Source of the DNA: Patescibacteria group bacterium
Lineage (GTDB): Bacteria > Patescibacteriota > Dojkabacteria > JAKAPS01
DNA: 64,000 nucleotides
Reading direction: 5' to 3'
NCBI GenBank assembly: GCA_025450075.1
Contig: JANWIC010000008.1
Coordinates: 11,289-75,288, forward strand
Positions 50,208 through 58,814 of this stretch are shown here, in pieces. A program made the position numbers and the translations under genes. Within the stretch, counting starts at the first letter, position 1. Every line of letters starts with the position of its first letter. A model generated the notes under the pieces. It was not told where the DNA came from. It made no database searches and worked only from the letters and a program-made list of their open reading frames with translations.

Positions 50208-51206
50208 ATGCGAACAGACGAATTTCATTTCAATCTTCCACAAAACCTGATTGCACAAAAACGGGTTCATCCTTATGACCGTTCAAAACTTTTAATAGTG
50301 GAAAGGAAACAACAAACTTATGAAGACAAACATTTTTTTGATATTATCAACTACCTTACTCCAAATGATGTCTTAGTTTTTAATGATACTAAAGTGTTTA
50401 AAGCACGTTTAAGAGGTAAAAAAGAGATACTGCTTCTTGAAAACATTAGTGATCAGGATTCCTATCGGTGCATTATCAAGGGAAATGTGAAAGTAGGTTC
50501 AACAATACCATTTCCAAATGGTCTTGTTGCAACTGTCTTAGCAATTGGTGAGGATGGAGAGAGAGATATATGCTTTAATGCAAAAGATGCATACTTACAC
50601 CAATTGATTGATGAGGTTTCTGAATTACCTCTTCCTCCATATATTACAAAGCATTCTGAAGAATATCAAACAATATATGCTGACGAAAAGAAAAGCAATT
50701 CAATTGCTGCTCCAACTGCAGGTTTCCATTTTACAAACAATCTTCTGGAAAGAATTAAACAAAAAGGAGTAGTAACAGAGCATATAACTCTTTCAGTAGG
50801 AATAGGGACATTTCGTCCTGTTAAGAGTGAAACAATTGAAGATCATCCGATGCATGCCGAAGTGTACCATATTGATGAAGAAGTAAAAAATCGTTTGAAT
50901 TCATACAAGAAAGAAAGAAAAAGGATTATTGCTGTTGGAACTACAAGCGTACGAACTTTAGAAGACAGTGCAGACACAAATGGAATACTGCAAAAGACAG
51001 ATAATGAGACAAAGATTTTTATCTATCCTCCTTATCAGTTTAAGTTTGTAGATGCACTCATCACGAATTTCCATCTTCCGCAATCCACATTAATCATGCT
51101 TGTCAGCGCATTTGGTGGCAAAGACTTTATATTTTCCTGCTATCAGCATGCAATAGATGCTCAGTATCGCTTTTATAGTTTTGGAGATGCTATGTTTATC
51201 CAGTAA
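50208..51206 (+). CDS. queA: S-adenosylmethionine:tRNA ribosyltransferase-isomerase
   Basis: PLPPYI, YQTIYA, AAPTAGFHFT, VGTTSVR, TNFHLP, YRFYSFGDAM. Confidence 0.96.
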   Translation: MRTDEFHFNLPQNLIAQKRVHPYDRSKLLIVERKQQTYEDKHFFDIINYLTPNDVLVFNDTKVFKARLRGKKEILLLENISDQDSYRCIIKGNVKVGSTIPFPNGLVATVLAIGEDGERDICFNAKDAYLHQLIDEVSELPLPPYITKHSEEYQTIYADEKKSNSIAAPTAGFHFTNNLLERIKQKGVVTEHITLSVGIGTFRPVKSETIEDHPMHAEVYHIDEEVKNRLNSYKKERKRIIAVGTTSVRTLEDSADTNGILQKTDNETKIFIYPPYQFKFVDALITNFHLPQSTLIMLVSAFGGKDFIFSCYQHAIDAQYRFYSFGDAMFIQ

Positions 51207-51227
51207 TATGTAGTGTATAATATGGAC

Positions 51228-51683
51228 ATGGAACATGAATTAGCACCAGCATTTTCTTTATATGATGAAACAGGAGTTCTTTATTCTTCTGAGCAACTAA
51301 AAGGAAAATCATATATTTTGTATTTTTACCCAAAAGATGATACACCGGGTTGTACTATTGAAGCATGCAGCTTTCGTGACCATTATGAGGATTTTCAACA
51401 GAAAGACATTCTTATCCTTGGTATTGGAAAAGGTACCAAAAGGGATCATCAAAGATTCAGAGAAAAATATCACCTTCCTTTCCCACTTCTTGTTGATGAC
51501 GGATTGAAAGTATGCGAAAGTTATCATGTTCTTAAAAGCGCAAGCATGTTTGGAAAACCCTATATGAAAATTGCAAGAACAACTTTTCTTATAGATGAAA
51601 AAGGCTACATACAAAAAGTATGGGAAGATGTGAACCCACTAGGACATGCAAATCAGATTATGCGTGTTTTACCAAATAGTTAA
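51228..51683 (+). CDS. bcp: peroxiredoxin Bcp
   Basis: YFYPKDDTPGCTIEAC, RTTFLID. Confidence 0.93.
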   Translation: MEHELAPAFSLYDETGVLYSSEQLKGKSYILYFYPKDDTPGCTIEACSFRDHYEDFQQKDILILGIGKGTKRDHQRFREKYHLPFPLLVDDGLKVCESYHVLKSASMFGKPYMKIARTTFLIDEKGYIQKVWEDVNPLGHANQIMRVLPNS

Positions 51684-52280
51684 CAAAAATACTGTTATAC
51701 TTGCTCCCAATAAACCAATATCCCGAATCAATAACGATCCTAAACCTTCTTCATAAGCAAATAACACTGCAAACAAAAGAAGTGATGCAATTAATGATCC
51801 GATATCCATAAATATTCCTGTCACAAATGATACTCCTACTAAAAATTCAAATGCTGATTGAATAAATGCTAAAGGATAGAGTTTTAAAGCATGTGTTTCT
51901 AATTTGAATTTCTTTAAAATCAAATTTGATAGGTTATTGAATATCTCAGGATGTTCAAAATTATCAATTGCATACCAGAAGAATACAAATCCTAAACCTA
52001 CTCGAAGTGGTAACAATTTATCTAACAAGTCAGGATTATTTACATAAGGTACGAAAAATCGCAACTGCTCAAGTTGTGAAGTTAAAGGTGCGAATAAGGC
52101 ATGAATAAGAAGAAGAAAAGAAATGATAAAAACTATCATAAGGTTGACAGTATTTGCCGGAATCTTCTTTTTCATCATTGGAACCTTTTTCACCTCAGTA
52201 GCTGCTACAGGAGTAGCGGGATTAGATGTTGGAGTTTGTATTTGTACTTGTGGTTGATCATGCTGTGGTTGTGGATCCAT
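51669..52280 (-). CDS. DoxX-like membrane protein
   Basis: LRVGLGFVFFW, EFLVG, IRDIGLLGA. Confidence 0.75.
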   Translation of the reverse strand: MDPQPQHDQPQVQIQTPTSNPATPVAATEVKKVPMMKKKIPANTVNLMIVFIISFLLLIHALFAPLTSQLEQLRFFVPYVNNPDLLDKLLPLRVGLGFVFFWYAIDNFEHPEIFNNLSNLILKKFKLETHALKLYPLAFIQSAFEFLVGVSFVTGIFMDIGSLIASLLLFAVLFAYEEGLGSLLIRDIGLLGASITVFLLTIW

Positions 52281-52294
52281 GTTTGTATGATAAA

Positions 52295-53044
52295 TTATGA
52301 TGTAGGAAATATGATATCTGCGATTTCTTTTGCTTTACCAAGTGAGTCTTCATCTTGCCATATATTTCTTCCAATTGCTCCTCCCATACATCCGGCATCC
52401 ATTGCACCTTGTATTTCCTTCTTCATACCCTCATGATCAGTATGGCTTCCCCCTGCAATACATACCGGAATTTTACCTGCACAGGTAACAACCCATTGCA
52501 TTGCTTCAGGAGAACCTGCATATCTTACTTTTACAATATCTGCTCCAAGTTCTAAACCAACTCGTGCAGCATATGCAGTAATATCTGTTGTTTCTTCACC
52601 AACCTTTGATCCTCTAGGATACATCCAAGCAATTACCGGGATTCCCAGATCATGAGCTTCGTATACAATATTCGCAAATTCCTTAAACATTTTATTTTCA
52701 TGTTTACTTCCAACATACACTGTATATCCCACTGCCTTTGCTCGAAGCTGCATAGCTTCTTCAACTGAGCAAACTTGAGGTGAATATGGTTCATCTTTTA
52801 TGAATTTTGTTTTTCCATTCAACTTAATAATGAGAGGAGTCTTATGGACATCAGGTTTATAATACTTTTCCGCTATACCTTTATGGGTAATAATTCCGGT
52901 AAAAAGACCTGACTTTGTCAAATCCATGACATACTCCGGATTAGCAGATTGCATATCGAAATCGGTTGGACCATGCTCTAAACCTTGGTCATAGGCAAGA
53001 AAGAAGAATTTATCGTCTCGTGAAATCTTGGTTAAATCAACCAT
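52295..53044 (-). CDS. fbaB: class I (DhnA/archaeal-type) fructose-bisphosphate aldolase
   Basis: LAYDQGLEHGP, WMYPRG, YAARVGLELGADIVK, GRNIWQ. Confidence 0.9.
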   Translation of the reverse strand: MVDLTKISRDDKFFFLAYDQGLEHGPTDFDMQSANPEYVMDLTKSGLFTGIITHKGIAEKYYKPDVHKTPLIIKLNGKTKFIKDEPYSPQVCSVEEAMQLRAKAVGYTVYVGSKHENKMFKEFANIVYEAHDLGIPVIAWMYPRGSKVGEETTDITAYAARVGLELGADIVKVRYAGSPEAMQWVVTCAGKIPVCIAGGSHTDHEGMKKEIQGAMDAGCMGGAIGRNIWQDEDSLGKAKEIADIIFPTS

Positions 53045-53155
53045 GTATGGGCAGTAATATATTCATTGAGTATTATATACTATGCACCGGATTCTGCAAA
53101 TACTCTTTGATTTAAATTTTTTGTTTTTGTTACTGATGTGTTATATAATCCAAAT

Positions 53156-53380
53156 ATGCTTAATTCAGATAACTTTAGAACAATAACTCAATTACGTCTT
53201 AATACTCTTGAGATCCTGAATACGGTTCTTCGTGAAAACAAACCAATCTATATAATCTCCCGATCAAAGCCTCAAGCAATAATCTTAAGCATCAGCGAAT
53301 ACGGCAAACTCCTTGAATTGAAAAGGGAGAATAAAAGACTTCAGGCACTAGCTAATAGGAAGCAGAATATTGAAAATTGA
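53156..53380 (+). CDS. Phd/YefM-family antitoxin-like protein
   Basis: TITQLR..EIL..V..KPIYI.SRSKPQAIILSISEY. Confidence 0.8.
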   Translation: MLNSDNFRTITQLRLNTLEILNTVLRENKPIYIISRSKPQAIILSISEYGKLLELKRENKRLQALANRKQNIEN

Positions 53381-54583
53381 TCCTTCACCTTTTTTGCTTT
53401 CCACGTTTATAGTCCCTCCATGCCGCTGAATGATATACTGACAAATATACAATCCAATTCCTACTCCAAAAGTTTTTTTATCCGGTTTTAATTTACCATA
53501 TGTATATTTTCCGAATAAAGTATGTAATTCATTTTCCGTCATCCCTCTTCCAGTATCAGCAATCGTAATATGTATCATCTTCTCTTCTCTTGCAGTTGCG
53601 ATAGTAATCGAACCTTTTTTAGTAAATTTTGTTGCATTGTATAATATATTATAAATCACCTGAGATATCTTTTGTTCATCAGCTACAATTTGCATTTTTC
53701 CTTCACATTGCACTTCAATTTTTATCTTTCTCTCCAGAATAAATAATCTTAGTTCCTCTGCTAGCTTTCGTATGAGGAGATTAATATCAAACTTAGACTT
53801 TTGGAGTATTAATGCATTACTCTCTATCATTGAAGAACTAAGCATGTTATTTACCAATAGTAATTGTCTGGCTGTAGCCATCCGTGCATAGTGTAAATAT
53901 TCATTTTTATCTGATTCATCAATCATTGATAAAGCATCCCGAATAATTGTGGCCGGAGTTCGAAGTTCATGGCTTGCTATCTCTAGAAGTTCTGTCTTGA
54001 ACTTATTTGATTTTTCCAGGCTTATTATTTTTTCTTCAAGTTCATGGCTTAAATGCCAGTTTTGGATTGCTGTTCCTGCAATATTGGCAAATACCTGCAT
54101 GACATGGAAATCATCATCATCAAATTCCTTATCATGTGTTGCAAAAAGAAGTACTCCTAACGTTTCATCTTTGTAAAGAATCGGGACAGCACATGCACAC
54201 TTAATACGAGCAAATAATTGGATATAGTCAGCGAGACGATAAACTTGTGGAGGTGCAAAATCTTTGTACCTCTCACTCATGTACTGCTTCTTATCAACAA
54301 AACTTCTGACAACGAGATTTCCTTGTCGAGTTAAATTAATTTTTAAATCCTTCATATCCATTGGGAGAAGACTGATTACTTTTTGAATAATAGTGGTCTT
54401 AGATGCTGTGAGAGGATAAATGTATTTTCCATCTTTATCATACAGAAATATGACCGCACCACTGAAGCGGAAATTATGTACTACAGTATCTACAACTTTT
54501 TGACAAATATCTTCAAAATTATCAGAAGAAGCAAAAAGTTGGGATATATCAAAGACAATATCAATTGGTGTTTTACGTGCCAT
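53348..54583 (-). CDS. cytoplasmic GAF-domain sensor histidine kinase
   Basis: GAF (ACAVPIL..ETLGVL, FANIAGTAIQN), ASHELRTP, NATKFT, DTGRG, GIGL; no TM. Confidence 0.93.
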   Translation of the reverse strand: MARKTPIDIVFDISQLFASSDNFEDICQKVVDTVVHNFRFSGAVIFLYDKDGKYIYPLTASKTTIIQKVISLLPMDMKDLKINLTRQGNLVVRSFVDKKQYMSERYKDFAPPQVYRLADYIQLFARIKCACAVPILYKDETLGVLLFATHDKEFDDDDFHVMQVFANIAGTAIQNWHLSHELEEKIISLEKSNKFKTELLEIASHELRTPATIIRDALSMIDESDKNEYLHYARMATARQLLLVNNMLSSSMIESNALILQKSKFDINLLIRKLAEELRLFILERKIKIEVQCEGKMQIVADEQKISQVIYNILYNATKFTKKGSITIATAREEKMIHITIADTGRGMTENELHTLFGKYTYGKLKPDKKTFGVGIGLYICQYIIQRHGGTINVESKKGEGSIFNILLPIS

Positions 54584-55811
54584 GCTCGTTTTGGGTAATA
54601 TATTCTTGAAGCTGCAATTTTTCCTCTTTTCCTCCAGACAGGATCTGCATTCTCATGATATACAATAAAATGAGGAAATATTCAGGATTTACCACTTGCT
54701 TATATTTTTTTTGAAGCGAGAGAAATCGTTGTATTGTTTGGATTTGAAAATAGTTTTCAATTGCTTTGCCATTGATTTTGCTCATCATTTTCTTCATATT
54801 TTCCCGATTAAAAACTGATCTCAGCTTTAATGTTAAAATCCGCTTAGGATCAAGATAGCCTTGATACACTGCATAATTGTATACCCATGAAGAAAAGTCG
54901 CCTTCCTGAAATTCCCTCCCATATGACTTATACCCATTCACAAAATATGTTAATTCAGATATTTCTATTGCCATCTCTTTTAATAATTCAAGTTTTCTCC
55001 CGGATTTACAAATCTTTGCAACATGTTCATCTTGAATTTTTCCAAATAAACCAGTAAAGAAAATGACATAAAAACTGATCGCGCCTGCTGAGCGTCTTAC
55101 ATGCTCTTCAACTGTTAATAGTTTCTTACATGGTCTTTTCCTTGTGTTTACACTCTCATAATGTGATTTGAAAATATACCGTATTCCTTCTTTCATTTCT
55201 TCTCGCACTTTCATTGCAAGATCCACATCTGAACCTTGATGCATCTCATATATATACTTACATGTAAGAGCCAAAGAAGATAAGATTTCATTGATTCCTG
55301 TCTTGTCAAGCTCTTTTCTGGATTCATATAGCCCATCGACTGATGCAAGAAAACCCTCTTCAAATGTTTTCAATATTTTTAATGCCTTTGCTTCTTTATC
55401 AATTTTTCCTAGAAAACTTGTCACAAGTTTTCCCTCCAGTTCATCTGCAAATGTATCTGCTATGCAATCAATCATTGTGAATAAAAATGCAAAACAGACA
55501 TATATATCCTCATCAGCAGCAAGGACAAATTGTTTTAGAAACATATGATGGAAAAAATATATGCCGACAATAGATCGAGTTTCCATTTTCTCATTCCTCG
55601 TATAGAAAGGACAATCATGTATAAGTGAAAAAGTCTCTAGACAATGCGGGTCACTTTTCATTATTGACTCAATACTACCCTTAAGATAGGAGCGTACATA
55701 CCTATACGGAAGAAGAAGGAATATCCTGATTTTTTCCTGGATACTTTGTGTTTTTGTGGGGGTAGAAAAAAGGATATGAAAAATCTGATCCTTTGGATAT
55801 TGCTTAGTCAT
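54573..55811 (-). CDS. class I terpene synthase-like protein
   Basis: Helical; Asp-rich IDCIADTFAD, RRSAG (R-sensor position) and NSE-like NGYKSYGREFQEG; coupled to the class II cyclase. Confidence 0.6.
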   Translation of the reverse strand: MTKQYPKDQIFHILFSTPTKTQSIQEKIRIFLLLPYRYVRSYLKGSIESIMKSDPHCLETFSLIHDCPFYTRNEKMETRSIVGIYFFHHMFLKQFVLAADEDIYVCFAFLFTMIDCIADTFADELEGKLVTSFLGKIDKEAKALKILKTFEEGFLASVDGLYESRKELDKTGINEILSSLALTCKYIYEMHQGSDVDLAMKVREEMKEGIRYIFKSHYESVNTRKRPCKKLLTVEEHVRRSAGAISFYVIFFTGLFGKIQDEHVAKICKSGRKLELLKEMAIEISELTYFVNGYKSYGREFQEGDFSSWVYNYAVYQGYLDPKRILTLKLRSVFNRENMKKMMSKINGKAIENYFQIQTIQRFLSLQKKYKQVVNPEYFLILLYIMRMQILSGGKEEKLQLQEYITQNEHGT

Positions 55812-57391
55812 ACCATTACCTTTTTATATATTGATAAGGAAGTGAGCAAAAGTGTGCGAACTATATTGAGGGGGGAATAGGAAACCTTTACAATCCACAT
55901 CTTTTCCAACATAGTTATATCCTGATTATACGCATTTACAAAAATATCTTCCAATATTTTCCCTTGTTCAGTTATGATACCAATAATTCTTTTTCTGTCA
56001 CAGTTCCCTATTTTTGCTTTTCTCATATAATACCACAATCCTATAATTCCCCAAGCCCGTTCTTCACAGGTTAAAGAAGAATTTGACACTTTCTCAATAA
56101 GGGATCGGTAAATTTTCTCTCTCAAAGATTTTATGGACTTAGCAAGTGGAGAAGAAGCATTTGCACTACAAGAAAGTGTATTGTAAATAGCTACATACGC
56201 AATCAAAGAATTGGCATAAAAGTATATTTTGGAAATATGCCATTTATCAATATCATGTATTTGATTTCGAATGCATTCATTGAGGTTTTCATGAATTATC
56301 GTTATATATTTGAAGAATAATGGATCATTTGGGTCAGCGAAAGAAAGAGCGCTCAGAATGTCTGCCATTGTGCCAAACGATGGCCTTATTTCATTTTTAT
56401 AGGATCCAAAAAATGTTCTTTTTTTGTATGTTTGAATATATGGAGAAAAGATACTTAGAGGTATTTTCCTGCCTGTTAGAGAAAGTAATTTATATGCCAT
56501 CCCTGTTGTATCTCCGTCCTTTAGGGCAAATGCTTTTGATATACCTACCCCTTCAGTAATTGAAAATCCAGCATCGAACAGGTACGGTACTACAGCTTTT
56601 GCCGTGTCATCAAGTTCCGTTTTCGATAAAAGATCAGAATGTAGCAATAGATGAAACTGCCATGCAATTTCAAATATTTCCCCATAGGCAAATGCATTCA
56701 TCTGGAATGTCTTTTTTTCTACATAATAATTATATAGTTTTTCATACGCCTCAGGCATATCATAGTTTGCCAGAAACGCTAGAATCTCAATATTATCAAA
56801 TTGGAAAGCATATTTTTTCGCCTTTCGCAGAAACTCTGTGAAATTCGGGTGGTCTTCCAAACCTTCAATAGAAAAGAGAATTGTATTACTTTGTGAGCGA
56901 ATTTTTTCATCCCTTAATTTTGAGTAAGCTCTTTCAAGCCTGTCCAAAGTCACATCAGAGGAAAGCAATCTTTTTTCACGAAGTCTGGAAATATAGAATG
57001 GAATTAAAATCTCAGCTCCAACTGTTTTTTGGGTATCTTTCTGTAATTTTTCTGAAAACATATATACTCCGGGAAGCAGCAGTTGCATGATATCATCATG
57101 TGTGTGATCTTGAGATAATGAGACAAGCGCAGATAAAACACTCAATAATTGGTCATGATAATTATGTAACATCTTCGGTTTATCTCCGATATATCCTATT
57201 CCATTTTCAACATATATATGGGAAATAACTTCTTCTGTTGCTTTTTTCCTTAATCCTTCTCTATCGACAGATTCTTTAAGACGCATTACCATTGTTGCTC
57301 CATAAAAACTTCCCTTTTGAGATGATAATGAAGTAAGCGACTCAAGAAAAGTAGAAATAAGAAAACTTGGGTAATCTTCAGAATCTGGCAT
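55808..57391 (-). CDS. class II diterpene cyclase-like protein (Rv3377c/CPS type)
   Basis: HDQLLSVLSAL, TVGAEIL, FSIEG, EIFEIAW, DGDTT, DKWHIS..Y, TCEERAW, MWIVKVSYSP. Confidence 0.85.
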   Translation of the reverse strand: MPDSEDYPSFLISTFLESLTSLSSQKGSFYGATMVMRLKESVDREGLRKKATEEVISHIYVENGIGYIGDKPKMLHNYHDQLLSVLSALVSLSQDHTHDDIMQLLLPGVYMFSEKLQKDTQKTVGAEILIPFYISRLREKRLLSSDVTLDRLERAYSKLRDEKIRSQSNTILFSIEGLEDHPNFTEFLRKAKKYAFQFDNIEILAFLANYDMPEAYEKLYNYYVEKKTFQMNAFAYGEIFEIAWQFHLLLHSDLLSKTELDDTAKAVVPYLFDAGFSITEGVGISKAFALKDGDTTGMAYKLLSLTGRKIPLSIFSPYIQTYKKRTFFGSYKNEIRPSFGTMADILSALSFADPNDPLFFKYITIIHENLNECIRNQIHDIDKWHISKIYFYANSLIAYVAIYNTLSCSANASSPLAKSIKSLREKIYRSLIEKVSNSSLTCEERAWGIIGLWYYMRKAKIGNCDRKRIIGIITEQGKILEDIFVNAYNQDITMLEKMWIVKVSYSPLNIVRTLLLTSLSIYKKVMV

Positions 57392-57431
57392 GTCTACATA
57401 AGCTCATGTATAAGATTAGCTTATGTAGACA
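57391..57431. repeat. 14-bp perfect inverted repeat at the cyclase start
   Basis: TGTCTACATAAGCT-N13-AGCTTATGTAGACA. Confidence 0.85.
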
Positions 57432-57487
57432 ATGCGGAATTGTCCAAAACCGCACTAATGGTATAGAGGATAAGATATTAATAACGG

Positions 57488-57907
57488 CTATATATTAGTA
57501 ATAGTAAAGGTACTATCTGAAAAAAGCGTTTCTTTTATTGTCTTTACTATCTGTTCAGGTGTATAGTCACTTTTTGAGATAAACAAATTTACACCTAGTT
57601 TTGAGCATTCTTTCATAACATCATTATTTAGCATATTTGTCAGTACAATCACTTTAGTATTTGTCCATTGCGATCGAATATGTTTCAATAAATCCAATCC
57701 TGAAATATCTGGAAGCATTAAATCAAGGATTACCAATGAGATAGGATGTTCATTATACTTATTAATTGCAGATTTCCCGCTCTTTGAAATGAGAACCCGA
57801 TATCCTTCTCTAGAGAAGGCGTTAAAATAAATTTTTGCTAATATTTCTTCATCTTCTACAAGAAGAATACTAAATTTTTTATTTTTACGGTATTCAATGA
57901 TATCCAT
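57488..57907 (-). CDS. single-domain response regulator (receiver only)
   Basis: LLVEDE, ILDLMLPDISG, LTN, ISKS. Confidence 0.92.
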   Translation of the reverse strand: MDIIEYRKNKKFSILLVEDEEILAKIYFNAFSREGYRVLISKSGKSAINKYNEHPISLVILDLMLPDISGLDLLKHIRSQWTNTKVIVLTNMLNNDVMKECSKLGVNLFISKSDYTPEQIVKTIKETLFSDSTFTITNI

Positions 57908-58027
57908 AACAATAAATAAAACCCATGGTTTTGCATTATAAGTTAAATGAATATTAAATTCTCTATATAGACAACTACATATTTGAATATACTAGATTCG
58001 ATTTCTTATAATGGGTATGGGTTGAAT

Positions 58028-58053
58028 GAGGCAGGAGTGGGGGCTCCTGCCTC
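58028..58053. other. GC-rich hairpin in a divergent intergenic region
   Basis: GAGGCAGGAG-TGGGGG-CTCCTGCCTC with no U-tract. Confidence 0.7.
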
Positions 58054-58182
58054 TCACTCAATTTTATTCCATCCCGATTAAACCACATTTCCATTAATAA
58101 AGGAAGGAGTAATCCTGATTCATCAGAAAGGTTGCAAAATGAAGATGAATTCGGTATTATCCGAAGGAATTATACATAGCTC

Positions 58183-58776
58183 ATGGCTATTAGAACTGTA
58201 ATTAAAATTGGTGAACCCAAATTAAGGAAAAAAAGCGTTGATGTACCCATCAACGATATCCAAACCCCATACATTCAAGGAATCATACAGGACTTATCTG
58301 ATACCTTATTAGAATACAAAACGAAAAAAGGAATATATAAAGGAGTGGGACTTGCAGCTAACCAAATTGGTATTAATTATCGTATCTTCATTATTCATAT
58401 ACCCCCAAGAAGGGGTATTAAAGATGATCCGCATTGTATGCCTCTAACTGTCTTTATAAACCCGAAATTAGTAAACCATGGAGAGAAAACTACTTCTCTA
58501 TTTGAAGGATGTATGAGCTTCAAACATTACCGGGCAATCATATCGCGGTTTGATGAAGTAGAAGTGGAAGCATATGACCAGCACGCTCAAGTATTCAGGA
58601 TGAAATTAAAAGGGTTTAAAGCAAGAGTTTTTCAGCATGAATATGACCATCTTGAAGGGATTATGTATATTGATAAAGCAGATACTCGTACACTCATTAC
58701 ACAGCGCCAATACAAATTAAAGTGGATGAAGGCACTTCCAGAAGAAATTGATAAACTGATTAATAATCAATATTAA
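58183..58776 (+). CDS. def: peptide deformylase
   Basis: GVGLAANQIG, EGCMS, QHEYDHLEG. Confidence 0.96.
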   Translation: MAIRTVIKIGEPKLRKKSVDVPINDIQTPYIQGIIQDLSDTLLEYKTKKGIYKGVGLAANQIGINYRIFIIHIPPRRGIKDDPHCMPLTVFINPKLVNHGEKTTSLFEGCMSFKHYRAIISRFDEVEVEAYDQHAQVFRMKLKGFKARVFQHEYDHLEGIMYIDKADTRTLITQRQYKLKWMKALPEEIDKLINNQY

Positions 58777-58814
58777 TCATTGTCTTTGCAACATAAAAGG
58801 CTTACAATACTAAT

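Noticed and set aside
57975-58094. 39-codon minus-strand ORF crossing the GC hairpin
   Set aside because: No SD or codon signal, and a closer TATAAT (57935-57940) serves the receiver gene; probably chance.
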